From Nitrospirota bacterium (GTDB lineage: Bacteria; Nitrospirota; JACRHJ01), in the NCBI GenBank assembly GCA_963733375.1, contig CAVTDB010000013.1, positions 1 through 64,000 of the forward strand: a stretch of DNA of 64,000 bases, given 5' to 3'. The notes below the pieces were generated by a model that saw only the letters and a program-made list of their open reading frames with translations, was not told the origin of the DNA and searched no databases. Shown in pieces: positions 30,166 through 42,766 of the stretch (positions are counted from its first letter, which is position 1; each line of letters begins with the position of its first letter). The translations under genes and the position numbers were made by a program.

Positions 30166-31331
30166 ATGTTCCATACCGCTAATCCTGAAGACGTCAAGGC
30201 CGGGAAAGTGACCGACGTCTATTTCGACCGCACGATGCGCATCCTGAAGGCGAAGGGTCTAGACGCGCGCGTCCGGATGGAGATCGTAGCCAAGGCCCTG
30301 CCGGACGGTTGGGACTGGGCGGTGCTGGCGGGGGTGGAGGAGGTCGCGGAGCTTTTATCGGGCCTGCCCGTAAACGTGCGCTCGATGCCGGAAGGGACGG
30401 TATTTTACCCTTACGAGCCGGTGCTGGAGGTGGAGGGCAACTACGGCGACTTCGGCCATTACGAGACCGCCATCCTCGGGCTTATCTGCCAGGCCTCCGG
30501 CATCGCCACGAAGGCCGCCAGGGTAAAGAAGCTTGCCGGGGACAGGCCCGTAATCTCTTTCGGCGCGCGCAGGATGCACCCCATACTGGCCCCGATGATA
30601 GAGAGGAACGCATACATCGGCGGCTGCGACGGGGTATCCGTGTTAAAGAGCGCGGAGCTTATCGGACAGGACCCGATGGGCACCATGCCGCATGCGCTGA
30701 TACTGATGTTCGGAGACACCGTCAAGGCGGTCAAGGCGTACGACGAAGTAATCGAGCAAGCCGCGAAGAGGACCGCCCTGATAGATACTTTCAACGACGA
30801 GAAGTTCGAGGCTATCCGGGTGGCGGAGGCGATGGGGAGCAAAATTTATGCCATGCGGCTGGATACGCCCGCCTCACGCAGGGGCAATTTCTACCGCATA
30901 CTGGAAGAAGTCCGGTGGGAACTGGACCTGCGCGGATACAAAGACATTAAGCTGTACGTCAGCGGCGGGATAAGCGAGAGCGACATCCGGGAGCTGAACC
31001 CGGTCGTGGACGGCTACGGCATCGGCACCTCCATCGCGAACGCGCCGGTGGTGGACTTCTCGATGGATATAGTGGAGATAGAGGGGAAACCCGTGGCCAA
31101 GCGGGGGAAGGCGTCCGGCGCGAAGAGCGTGCTCAGATGCCTCGGGTGTTTGACTGATATGGTAATTCCCTTTTCCGCGAATCACAGGCACTGCCAGTGC
31201 GGCCAGAGAGAAGGTCGAGATACTTCTTCCATTGATGGAAAACGGGAGAGCTGTTAACGGAGCTTCCGAAGCCGGAAATCATAAGGGAGAAGGTAATACA
31301 GGCTGTAAAAAGGCGGCCGGATATCTTCTAA
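30166..31331 (+). CDS. pncB: Nicotinate phosphoribosyltransferase (C-terminal frameshift)
   Basis: TDVYF, SFGARRMHP, GTMPHAL, RLDTP, VSGGI, GYGIGT, AKRGK. Confidence 0.92.
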
Positions 31332-31410
31332 ACTCCCCTCCCTTATTGTAGGGCACGACACCCTGGCGTGCCGAGGGCGTCACGCCCTACGAGGGGCAGA
31401 GGAGGGTGTT
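31331..31410. repeat. Nested repeat R2, copy 1: GTAG-type REP (31348-31390) inside a CCCCTC/GAGGGG stem
   Basis: GTAGGGCACGACACCCTGGCGTGCCGAGGGCGTCACGCCCTAC; inverted homologue at 61109-61189. Confidence 0.88.
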
Positions 31411-31431
31411 ACTAAAAAGGAGGCATTTGAC

Positions 31432-34400
31432 TTGGAAGGCATCGTCGGGATAGACCTTGGCTCCGTAAGCGTGAAGACGGTTACACTGGGGCCTGATGGA
31501 AATATTATCTCATCCAGGTACAAGAGGCATTACGGCCAGGCGCTGTCCGCGGCCCTGGAGTTCCTGGACGCCCTGCCGGAGGGTACGCCCCTGGTCGTTA
31601 CCGGCTCGGCTGGAAAACTACTGGCCAGCATCCTGGAGCTTACCCACGTAAACGAGGTCGTGGCGCTCTCCGCCGCCGTCGGGAAATATTATCCGGACGT
31701 GAGGACGGTAATCGAGATGGGCGGCGAGGACTCCAAGCTCGTCGTCATGGAGGATGCGAAACTTCGCGATTTCTCCATGAACTCCGCCTGCGCCGCGGGC
31801 ACCGGCTCATTCCTGGACCAGCAGGCCGAGCGGCTGAATATAAAGATAGAGGACGAGTTCGGAGAGCTGGCGCTTAAGTCCGAAAACCCGCCCCGCATTG
31901 CCGGGCGGTGCAGCGTGTTCGCCAAGTCGGACATGATACACCTCCAGCAGCTCGCCACGCCGGATTACGACATCGTCGCCGGCCTTTGCTTCGCCGTCGC
32001 CAGGAACTTCAAAAGTACCATCGGGCGCGGCAAAAAGATGCTGAAACCCCTGATGTTCGCGGGCGGCGTCGCGGCGAATGCCGGCATGGTCCGTGCCTTC
32101 AGGGAGGTCATGGACGCGGGCGAGAGCCTTGTAGTGCCCGAGCATTTCTCCGTCCTCCCGGCGGCTGGCGCGGCGCTCTACGCGGCGGCAAGGGGAGAGG
32201 CTGCGGAAATTCCAGGGCGCGGAAAAGCTGCTCGCGTACCTGAAGGTCGTCCAGTACATGGGCGAGGGCCTGGCCCCGCTTCTGGCCGACGAGAAATTCC
32301 TGATACGCTCCTCCCCGCTGTCCGAGGTCTATAAGGTTGAAGGGCCGGAGAAGGTCAACGCATACCTGGGCGTGGACATCGGCTCCATAAGCACTAACGT
32401 GGTCGTTATAGACGAGCAGAAGCGCGTGCTTTCCAAGCGCTACCTGATGACGGCGGGCAGGCCTATCGAGGCGGTGCGCCAGGGCCTTCGCGAAGTCGGC
32501 GCGGAGGTCGGAGACAAAGTGAGAATACTGGGCGCGGGCACGACCGGTTCGGGGCGGTACATGATAGCCGATTTCATCGGCGCGGATATCGTAAAAAACG
32601 AGATAACCGCGCAGGCCACCGCCGCCGCGGACATCGACCCGCTGGTGGACACCATATTCGAGATAGGCGGCCAGGATAGCAAGTTCATAAGCTTAAGGGG
32701 CGGCGTCGTGGTGGACTTCGAGATGAACAAGGTCTGCGCCGCGGGCACTGGCTCCTTTCTGGAGGAGCAGGCGGACAAGCTCGACATAAACATTAAAGTC
32801 CAGTTCGGCGAGATGTCTCTATCGTCCCGGTGTCCCATATCGCTTGGCGAGCGCTGCACCGTCTTCATGGAATCGGCGGTGGTCTCCCATCAGCAGAAGG
32901 GCGCGCCCACGGAAGACTTGGTTGCCGGGCTTGGCTACTCCATCGTCTATAACTATTTAAACAAGGTCGTCGGCGACAAGAAGGTCGGGGACAGAATATT
33001 CTTCCAGGGCGGCGTGGCTTTTAATAAGGGCGTCGCGGCGGCGTTCGAGCGCGTGACCGGCAAGCCCATCACCGTACCTCCGCACCACGACGTGACCGGC
33101 GCGATTGGCATGGCGTTAATCGCCAAAAAATACGCCGAGCAGACCGGCCTCAAAAAAAGCGGCTTCAAGGGCTTCGACCTGGGCAACCGTAAATACGCCG
33201 TAAAGTCCTTCGACTGCAAGGGCTGCTCCAACCAGTGCGAGATACGCCAGGTGACTATGGAAGGCGAGAGGGAAAAATTATTCTACGGCTCCCGTTGCGA
33301 AAAATACGACGTGAAGCGAAAGGCCGCGAAGGACGAGAACCAGCTCCCGCGCCTCTTCGCCCTCAGGGAGGAGCTTCTCCTCAAAGGCTACGATCCGTCC
33401 AAGAGCACCGATACATCGCGCGAAGCGGGTTTAAAAAAAAATAGGGATACCGTATGTGCTGTTCTTCCATGAGCAGTTCCCGTTCTGGCGCACTTTTTTA
33501 GAGACGCTTGGGTTTACCGTGGTGCTGTCCGACCGCTCCAACAAGCAGACCATACGCCGGGGGCTGGAGGCCGTAATCGCCGAGTCCTGCTTCCCCATAA
33601 AGATGGCGCACGGGCATATAATGGATTTAATCGATAAAGGGGTGGAGCGCATCTTCCTCCCGTCCTTTATCAACCTGGCCCAGGACGGAGACAAGATGGA
33701 GCGCGGGGTGGCATGCCCCTATGTCCAGACCATGCCGTACCTCGCGGCCGCGGCCATTCCGGGGCTGAGGCTAATCGCGCCGTCGATCGATTTCGGGCAG
33801 GGCATGGCCGAGATGGCCAGGGAGCTTAAAGGCTCGCTTTCGGATTATAAAATAAGCATAGGCCGGATAAGGGCCGCGCTGGTTGCTGGCGCGAAAGCCC
33901 AGAAGGAATTTTACGAGTCGACTAAAAAAGCGGGCAGGGAATTCCTGGAGAAGCTGGGTGAAAACGGCCGCGCCATCGTAATCATGAGCAGGCCGTACAA
34001 CGGCTGCGACGGCGGGCTGAACCTGGACCTGCCGGAGAAGCTTCGCGACCTGGGCATCGCCGCAATGCCGCTCGATTTCCTGCCGCTTGGCGATATAGAC
34101 ATAAGCAAAGATTGGCCGAACATGTACTGGCGGAGCGGCCAGAGGATACTGCAGGGCGCGGAGATAGTCCGGGGAGACAAGCGGCTTAACGCGCTATACA
34201 TAACGAACTACGGCTGCGGGCCGGACTCCTTCCTCACGAAGTATTTCAAGGAGGTGATGGTCGAGAAACCCTACCTCCAGCTCGAGGTGGACGAGCATTC
34301 GGCGGACGCGGGCGCGATAACCAGGTGCGAGGCGTTCCTCGATTCGCTTGAGAACGTCGGGATGCTTTCGACCGAGAGGCGGAGCTTCAGGACGGTCTCA

Positions 34401-35612
34401 TATTCCAAAATTGGCGGGAAGGGCCGGAAGATATTCATCCCCCGCATGTGCGACCACGCGTTCGTCCTTGCCTCCGCGTTCAAGCGCCACGGCATCGACG
34501 CGGCGCCGACTTCGCCCGCGGACTCGCTGACGCTCGAGCTTGGCCGGAAGCATACCTCCGGCAAGGAGTGCTACCCCTGCACCGTCACCACGGGCGACAT
34601 GGTAAAGATATGCGTGGCTGATGGGTTCGACCCCGCCGCTTCAGCGTTCTTCATGCCGTCCGGCACCGGCCCGTGCCGCTTCGGACAGTACAATATGCTG
34701 CACCGCCTAGTGCTGGACGAGATAGGTTTCCCGGACGTGCCCATCTATGCGCCGAACCAGGACGAGGGGCTGTATAAGGACCTCGGCATGGTCGGGAACA
34801 GTTTCGTGCGCTCCGCCTGGCAGGGCATCGTGGCTACGGACCTCCTGAATAAATGCCTGCACGAGACCCGTCCGCACGAGAAGGAAAAAGGGGCGGCCCA
34901 GGCCCTGCACAAGGAGTTCCTGGAGCGGGTATGCAACGTAATCGAAAAGGGCCTGCCAATGGAGCCCACGCTCCATGACATGAGAGACGCCTTCGAGGGC
35001 CTTCCGAAGGACGGCATTAAAAGGCCGCTCATCGGCATCGTCGGGGAGATCTATGTCCGGAGCAACGAGTTCTCCAACGAATCGGTCATCAAAAAAATCG
35101 AGGCCCTGGGCGGAGAGGTATGGCTTGCGCCGTTCGGGGAGTGGATACTCTACCAGAACCATACCAACATCGACGCCGCGAGAAGAAAGGGGAGCATATC
35201 GGAATATTTCTCCTGTCTCGCGACCCATTTAGTCCAGACCAGGATAGAACATAAATACAGCTCCATCTTCGAGGGCTTTTTGAATACCCTCCACGAGCCG
35301 CCGATAAAGGAGACCCTCGCGCTCGCCCTGCCGTACCTTAAACCCTCGTTCCAGGGCGAGGCGATCCTCTCGATGGGCAAGAGCGTGGACTTCACCCGCC
35401 ACGGCGTATCAGGCGTGGTGAACGCCATGCCGTTTAACTGCATGCCGGGTACCATCGTTACCGCGCTCCTGAAGAAATTCTCGGAGGACCACGGCGACTT
35501 CCCCTACATATCGATGTCCTACGACGGAAACGAGCAGGCAAACGGGATGACCCGCCTGGAGGCGTTCATACACCAGGCCATCCAGAGGATGAACGACAAC
35601 GTGCTGGTGTAG
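31432..35612 (+). CDS. Large 2-hydroxyacyl-CoA dehydratase activator-like protein (two BadF/BcrAD ASKHA domains + DUF2229), frameshifted
   Basis: GIDLGSVSVK / GVDIGSISTN; EMGGEDSK / EIGGQDSK; CAAGTGSFL twice; RCSVF / RCTVF; C..CSNQC; ESCFPIK; GCGPDSF; GPCRFGQY; PFNCMPG. Confidence 0.9.
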
Positions 35613-35623
35613 GTTGTTTTATC

Positions 35624-35652
35624 TTGACAGCCGTTGAATCCTTCGGTATAAG
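35624..35652 (+). promoter_or_regulatory. Sigma70 promoter, probably giving a leaderless transcript
   Basis: TTGACA-N17-TATAAG; GTG begins 7 nt after the -10 box; no RBS. Confidence 0.65.
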
Positions 35653-35658
35653 TGAAAT

Positions 35659-36054
35659 GTGAGAATATTTCTCAAAATATTCCTGACTGCGGCAATCGGC
35701 ATTAACCTCCTTTGCGCGGTCATGCCTCCCAGGACCTGCGGGATGCCCTGCTGTCAGGGGGCACGGGGGGCATAATGGGAGCGATGGCGGCATTCTTCCT
35801 GCTCCGACTACTCTCCCTTGCAGATGCACGCCCCCGAAACGCCGCCCTGCTGTAAAATTCAGGCCGCTCAAAACACAGACCCCGCTACTCTGAACACCGT
35901 CCGGCCGGAGCCGTCGATGGACTTGACGCCCATATCCGGCCCGGGCTTCGCAGTCAATACCTTCGCAAAAAAGGCCCCGCTTGTAGACGGCTCCCCGCCA
36001 GGGGCGCTAAATTCAGTACCCGTCTATAAACTGACCTCCGCATATCTCTGCTGA
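35659..36054 (+). CDS. Cys/His-rich small leader protein upstream of the cus operon (frameshifted)
   Basis: Joined frames: hydrophobic N-terminus, CGMPCC, GHGGH, PPCC, C-terminal SPP...PVYKLTSAYLC*. Confidence 0.6.
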
Positions 36055-36063
36055 CCCCCAAGC

Positions 36064-36112
36064 GGGGTGCGGGCATTTTGACATGCCTTTGCCCCCCATA
36101 GTCCCTTTTTTT
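36064..36112 (+). terminator. Imperfect hairpin with a downstream T-tract after the leader ORF
   Basis: GGGG..GGGCAT-tttgac-ATGCCT..CCCC, then TTTTTTT after a short gap. Confidence 0.4.
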
Positions 36113-36194
36113 CTTATTCGTAATCTAAAGCCGTAAACCGTGCGGAAGCTTCATTCTATGGCGTTAGTATCCGATTTTTAAGACAAAATAAGCG

Positions 36195-36872
36195 GTGTCT
36201 GGTAAATTTATGCGTATGCGCACAAAAGAGGTTTTACGTGTAACAGCCGCCGGGGTAGCCGGGGCCGTCATAGGGTATTTTATCCTGCACCCTTACAGCG
36301 CGGTCTTTTATAGCCTGTACCCCCTCCCGCACAGCCGGACGCCCGGAAGCAGTCTCAGCTTTCAAGAGGCGCTGGGCCAGTTCAGGCTCTTCCTGGATAC
36401 CTTCAACATGTGGTATGTCGGCATCCCGTACGCGTTAATCGGCGCGCTGGCCGGGATATCCATCGGTATCGCGGCGGAAGCCAGAAGGCGGCACGAGGAG
36501 ACCAAACGGCGGGAGGCGGCCAGGAAGGCGGCCCATGAAGCGCTCCAGGAGCTAATGGTGACGCTCTCCCACTATCTCCTGAACGCCTCGACCGTCATCG
36601 GCGGATATTCCAGGCTCCTGATTAAGAAAACGAAGGGCACGGACCTGGAGAAGCCTCTACAAGCAATCATGGAAGAGTCCGCGTACGTGGAGGCGGTCGT
36701 GAATTCGCTCCAGTCGCTTGAGGCCGTGAAGGAGGAGGAATATATTCCCGGCGGAAGTTCCCGGATGATAGATATAAAAGCGGAGCTTGAGCGCCGTATC
36801 GCGGAGTCGGCGGCGCGTAAGGACGCCGCAATAGAGAAAGAAGAAAAAAGTGAGACAACCTTCTTAAAATAA
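36195..36872 (+). CDS. Two-TM membrane protein with a HisKA-like helix pair and no ATPase domain
   Basis: Two hydrophobic segments; H-box-like TLSHYLLNASTVIGG; no N/G1/F/G2 boxes. Confidence 0.65.
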   Translation: MSGKFMRMRTKEVLRVTAAGVAGAVIGYFILHPYSAVFYSLYPLPHSRTPGSSLSFQEALGQFRLFLDTFNMWYVGIPYALIGALAGISIGIAAEARRRHEETKRREAARKAAHEALQELMVTLSHYLLNASTVIGGYSRLLIKKTKGTDLEKPLQAIMEESAYVEAVVNSLQSLEAVKEEEYIPGGSSRMIDIKAELERRIAESAARKDAAIEKEEKSETTFLK

Positions 36873-38141
36873 GCGCGGCGTGCGTCATGCTGGCCGCCTC
36901 ACTGCCCGCCTATGCGGGAGAGACGATAACGCTCTCAGACCTGCTCGGCGAAGCGAGGGCGAAAAACCCCGCACTCTCGGCGATGCAGTACAGGTACGAG
37001 GCGGGGCGGCAGCAGGTGTCCCAGGCCGGGGCGTTCCCGGACCCGATGCTGGAGTTTGGAATCCAGAACCTGCCGGTGAACTCGTTCTCTTTCAGCAAGG
37101 ACGATGATGACCTCGAAGATGGTCGGGCTGTCCCAGACGTTCCCGTTCTTCGGGAAGAGGGGGCTTAAGCGCGAGGCCGCGGCCTTCGAGGCACAGGCAC
37201 TGGAAGGGGACTACAAGGAAGTGGGCCTTCAGCTCGAAAAGGACGTGAAGACTGCCTATTTCGACCTCTATCTACTCAAAAAAAGCCGGGAGGTATTGGA
37301 TAAGACTGCTAATCTGCTCGACAACCTGCTGAAGATAACCCAGTCCCGCTACTCGGTCGGCCTGGGGAACTTCAAGGATATTATCAAAACGCAGGTTCAG
37401 CAGTCACTGTTAGTTGACAAAAGGCTTGCCCTGGAGAGGGACGAGCGGACAAAGAGGGCAGAGCTTGGGGCGCTGCTTGGACGGGGGGCGCCGGTCGCGG
37501 GCGAGGTAGAGGACGTGAAGCCCGCAGTCCTCACGCTGGACGAGAAGGCCCTGTCGGAATCGGCCGTGGCGAACCGGCCCGCGCTCAAGGCCGCGTCAGA
37601 GCGGATAAAAGAGGGGGAGGCCATGCTGGAGACGGCGAAGAGGGAATATTACCCGGACTTCACAGTCACCGCCCAGTACATGGAAAGGGACAGGCAGGAT
37701 ACAGGCGTAAAACCTTCCGACATGGTAACCGCGTGGTCTCCGTAAACCTGCCAATCTGGCGCAAATCGAAGCTTGCACCCGGCGTCCTTGAGGCGTCTCT
37801 TACGAAGAACGCAGCCGAGCAGGAGTAAAACGCAAAGGTGAACGAGATAAAGGCCCAGGTGGAGTCGCTTGTGGAGCAGGTGAATAAGGACGAATCTCAG
37901 ATTAAACTATACCGCGAAGTCGTCATACCGCAGGCCGGGGAGGACATAAACGCCGGGCTCGCGGGATACGAGGTGGGCAAGGTGCAGTATATGGACCTGC
38001 TGGACTCCATCCGGACGTTCCTCGACTACCAGACCGAATACTATAACCGGATAGCCGGAAGGGAGAAGGCCATAGCCGAGCTTGAGGCGGTTACGGGCAA
38101 AGAGTTAGGGCCGGCCCGGCCGGCGGCGGAGGTTCTAAATG
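36850..38141 (+). CDS. TolC-family outer-membrane efflux protein, CusC-like (several frameshifts; boundaries approximate)
   Basis: EARAKNPAL, FPDPML, LSQTFPFFGKR, EYYPDF, YEVGKVQYMDLL. Confidence 0.85.
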
Positions 38142-39619
38142 AAAAACAAAATAATCGCCCTGATTATACTGTTTGCGGCGGTCTTCGCCGCGAGCGCGTA
38201 TTTAAGCCGGAGCTTCTGGCTCCATTACATGCCCTGGGGTACGGGCGGGCAGGCCGGACATGCGGTCGGCGCGAAGGACGACCAATGCAAGACCGTATAT
38301 ACCTGTCCCATGCACCACCAGATAATCAGGGACAGCCCCGGCGACTGCCCCATCTGCGGCATGACGCTGGTCAAGAAAGAGGTCGGCGCTCGGCGGCTCC
38401 GGCAAAGGGGGAAACGGGGGGAACGGGGGACGGCAAAGGGGATGGGGGGCGTGGAAAATATGTCTTCAACTCCGGGGACGACGCCGGCGGAGCAGTCCCT
38501 TAAGACCGTGACGCTCGACCCGCGCGAGAGGATGCTTGCGAACGTGGCGACCACCGAGGCGCGTGAGGAATCTATTTCCCAGGAAGTCGATACAGTGGGC
38601 AAGATAGCCATGGACGAGCGAATATCCGGAAAGTCTCCTCGCGGTACGCCGGACGGATTGAAAGACTGGCGGTGAACTTCACCGGGCAGTACGTGAGAAA
38701 AGGCCAGGAGATTTTCTCCATATACAGCCCGGATATGGTGACGACCCAGAAAGAATATCTTATCGCCAAGGCATCGGCTGCGCGGCTTAAGTCTTCCGAT
38801 TTCCCGGAGATAGCGTCCGGGTCGGAGGGAGTGCTGGACGCGGCCAGGACGAGGATGAAGCTCTGGGGCTTAACCGACGCGCAGATACACAGGCTGGACG
38901 CGACCGGAGAGGTGAATAACACCGTCTCGGTTTACTCCCCCGTATCCGGGACAGTCACGGCCATAAAGGCGAGACAGGGCGATTACGTGACGGAGGGCAC
39001 CGAGGTCTTCACGGTATCCGACCTCTCCCGCGTATGGATGGAGGCGGAGGTTTACGAATACGAGTTCTCGAAAGTATCGCTCGGCTCGCGGGTGGAGGTC
39101 ACGGCGGAGGCATATCCGGGCAGGGTATTTTGGGGGACGGTGTCGTTCATAGACCCCACGGTGAACCCGGACAGCAGGACGGTGCGAGTCCGGGCGGACC
39201 TGCCTAACAAAAACGGGATGTTGAAGCCTGAGATGTTCGTGACGGCGCGGCTTCTGTCGAAGCCCGTCAGGGGAGTCGTGGTCCCGGCCTCGGCTGTCCT
39301 CTATACCGGCAAGGGCAACGTGGCGTGGGTGGAGGAAAAGCCGAACGTGTTCACCATGCGCAGCGTCACCACCGGCCTTCGCTCGGGAGATGACTTCCAG
39401 ATACTGGCCGGGCTGAAGCCGGGCGAGCGCGTCGTGACCCAGGGCGGGTTCCTGATCGATTCCGAAGCCCAGCTCGAGCAGAGCGCGGGCGGAGGGGGCG
39501 GTATGGCCAATATGCCGGGCATGGAAAAATCGGGACCCTCACCCCCGACCCCTCTCCCAGAGACGGGCGAGGGGAGCAAGGCAAGAGGGAAAAATTCCAT
39601 GCCGGGCATGAAGATGTAA
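38139..39619 (+). CDS. cusB: RND membrane-fusion protein with a heavy-metal-binding domain (frameshifted)
   Basis: YTCPMH...PGDCPICGMTLV; IYSPDMVTTQKEY; LKPEMF; FLIDSE; Met-rich MPGM tail. Confidence 0.88.
39536..39575 (+). repeat. CCCTCACCCC-type palindromic repeat in frame within cusB
   Basis: CCCTCACCCCCGACCCCTCTCCC-agagac-GGGCGAGGGG, read as PSPPTPLPETGEG. Confidence 0.6.
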
Positions 39620-39620
39620 T

Positions 39621-42600
39621 ATGATAAATAGAATAATAGAGTACTCCGCAAAAAACAGGCTCATCGTCCTGTCGCTTTTCGCTCTCGTAATAATCTGGGG
39701 CGTATGGGCGCTGTACAGGACGCCGCTCGACGCCATACCCGACCTCTCCGACAACCAGGTCATCGTCTATACCCAGTGGCCGGGCAGAAGCCCGCAGACT
39801 ATCGAGGACCAGATAACCTACCCGCTGGTAACCAGGCTTCAGGGCGTGCCGAAGGTCCGGGTGGTACGCGCGACGTCGGCGTTCGGCTTTTCCCTCATCT
39901 ACGTCATCTTCGACGACGACGCGGATATCTACTGGCCAGGACAAGGGTCCTGGAGAGGCTTAACTACGCTTCCTCGGAGCTGCCCGCAGGTGTAAAGCCC
40001 GCACTAGGTCCCGACGGCACGGGGGTCGGGCAGGTTTACTGGTACACCCTGAAAGGCGACGGCTACACCTGGCGAGCCTTCGGGCCATACAGGACTGGTA
40101 CGTCCGCTACCAGCTCAATGCCGTGCCGGGCGTGGCGGAAGTCGCCTCGATGGGCGGGTTCATGAAGCAGTACGAGGTGGACCTGGACCCGAACAAGGTG
40201 CAGGCCTACCACGTCAGCACCACGGACATCACGGACGCCATAAAAAAGAGCAACAGCGAGGTCGAGGGGAACCTCTTCGACAAAAGCTCTATGACATTCA
40301 TGGTGCGGGGGTTGGGATATATCAAGGGCATACATGACCTGGAAAACGTGCAGGTGGCCGTCCACGGCGGGACGCCGATATTCGTAAAAGACATAGGCCG
40401 GGTGCAGATGGGCGTGCAGACCAGGCGGGGCCTTATAGAGAAGGACGGAATGGGCGAGGCGGTCGGCGGCATCGTGGTGATGCGCTACGGAGAGAACGCC
40501 AGCCAGGTAATCGAACGCGTAAAGGCAAAAATAGCCGAGATACAGCCTGGGACTCCCCAAGGGGGTAAGGATCGTCGCCTCTTACGACCGCTCGGATCTG
40601 ATAGACCGCGCGGTGCATACCTTAAAGCGCGCGTTGACCGAGGAATCGGTAATCGTCTCTCTCGTGATGCTGGTGTTCCTCCTGCATTTCCCCAGCGCGA
40701 TAGTCATCGTCCTGACGCTGCCCATCGCGGTGCTGATCGCCTTCATAACCATGAAACAGATGGGCATCACCTCCAACATCATGTCCCTTGGCGGCATCGC
40801 GATAGCCATCGGCGTCCTGGTGGACGCGGGCGTTATCATGGTGGAGAACTGCTACCGCCACCTCTCCGAGATGACGCCGGAGGAGAGGGTCCCGGCGGCT
40901 GGAAGTGGTGATAATTTCGACCAAGCAGGTCGGTCGGGCGATATTTTTTTCCCTTGCCATCATAGTCCTCTCCTTTGTCCCGGTATTCATGCTGAAAGGA
41001 CAGGAAGGGAAACTATTCCATCCGCTGGCCTTCACCAAGACCTTCTCGATGACGGGTTCCGCCCTAATCGCCATTACCCTGGTGCCGGTACTGATGTACT
41101 ACTTAATCCGGGGAAAGATGCCGCCGGAATCCAGTAACCCGGTGTCGCAGTTCTTCATCTTACTGTACTCACCTGTCATCAGGTGGGCGCTCAAATACAA
41201 GAAGACGGTCATCCTCCTAAACGTCCTGGCGCTGGTGGTGGCGATATTCCTGTACGCGGGGCTGGGACGCGAGTTCATGCCATCTCTTGACGAGGGAAGC
41301 CTGCTCTACATGCCCACCACGCTGCCTCCGATATCGATGACGGAGGCGAAGCGGCTTATCACTGTGCAGGACTCGATTATAAAGTCCGTGCCGGAGGTGG
41401 ACCATGTGCTGGGGAAGGTCGGGCGCGCGGACAGCGCCACGGACCCGGCTCCGGTCAGCATGTTCGAGACACTGATACTGCTGAAGCCGAAGGATAAGTG
41501 GCGGCCCGGTCTTACCAAGGCGGACATTAACGACGAACTGTCCGGAAAACTTAAGATACCCGGCGTCTCCGAGGGCTGGACCCAGCCCATCATAAACCGG
41601 ATACAGATGCTGTCTTCCGGCGTACGGACGGACATCGGCGTGAAGATAATGGGGAATAACCTGGACGTCTTGAACTCGCTTGCCCTGCAGGCGCAGGGGA
41701 TACTGGAGAAGGTGCCCGGCGCCGTGGACCTCTACGCCGAGCGGGTAACGGGCGGAGAGTACCTGGACATAAAGGTAGACCGGGAGGCTGCGGCCCGCTA
41801 CGGGCTGAAGGTCTGGGACGCGCAGGAGATAATAGAGAGCGCGATAGGCGGGATGGACGTAACCAAGACAGTGGAGGGCAGGGAGCGTTTCCCCGTCGTA
41901 GTCCGGTACGCGCGCGACTTCCGGGATAACCTGGACGTGCTGGGGACGCGTGCAGGTACCCGTAAACATGGGTAAAACGCATATACCGCTGGCGCAGCTC
42001 GCCTCAATTAAGGTAGACCCCGGCCCGGATATGATCAACTCGGAGAACGGGCTGCTGCGCTCCGTGGTCTTCCTGAACGTGCGCGGGCGTGACATGGGCT
42101 CTTTCGTGGAAGAGGCGAAGGCGAAGCTTGACGCGGGGCTTAAACTCCCGCCGGGATATTACGTCAACTGGTCGGGCAACTGGGAGAACCAGGTACGCGC
42201 CGGCGAAGCGGCTTCGACATCCTGGTACCGTTAGGCCTGGCGATAATTTTCATCCTGCTCTATTTCACGTTCCATTCCGCCGTAAGGAGGCGGCGATGGT
42301 CATGCTGTCCGTGCCGTTCGCGCTGGTCGGCGGAATATATCTCGTCTCGGCTTTGGGTTACAACATGTCCGTCGCCGTGTGGGTCGGGTTTATCGCGCTC
42401 TACGGCGTGGCGGTGGAGACGGGCGTGGTGATGGTCATATACCTGCACGAGGCGCTCGACAAGAAAATCCTCGCCGGGGCTGTCACGGAGAAAGATATCT
42501 ACGATGCGACATTCGAAGGCGCGGTGCTTCGGCTCCGGCCTAAACTGATGACGGTATCGGTCGCGCTGATGGGACTACTGCCTATCATGTGGTCGTCCGG

Positions 42601-42766
42601 CACCGGGTCCGACGTCATGAAGCCGATCGCCGCGCCGATGATCGGCGGGATGATCACCTCCGCCGTGCACGTTTTGATAATGACCCCGGTAATATTCGTC
42701 CTGATGAAGTCGCGTGATTTGAAAAAAGGCAGGCTAAAGATGTCCGATATGAAGCCGGTAAGTTGA
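39621..42766 (+). CDS. cusA: CusA/CzcA heavy-metal RND permease (multiple frameshifts)
   Basis: [78 protein letters not shown]. Confidence 0.94.

Noticed and set aside
37828-37831. Programmed readthrough of an in-frame TAA in tolC
   Set aside because: More simply a base-call error for a Tyr codon, given the local error rate.
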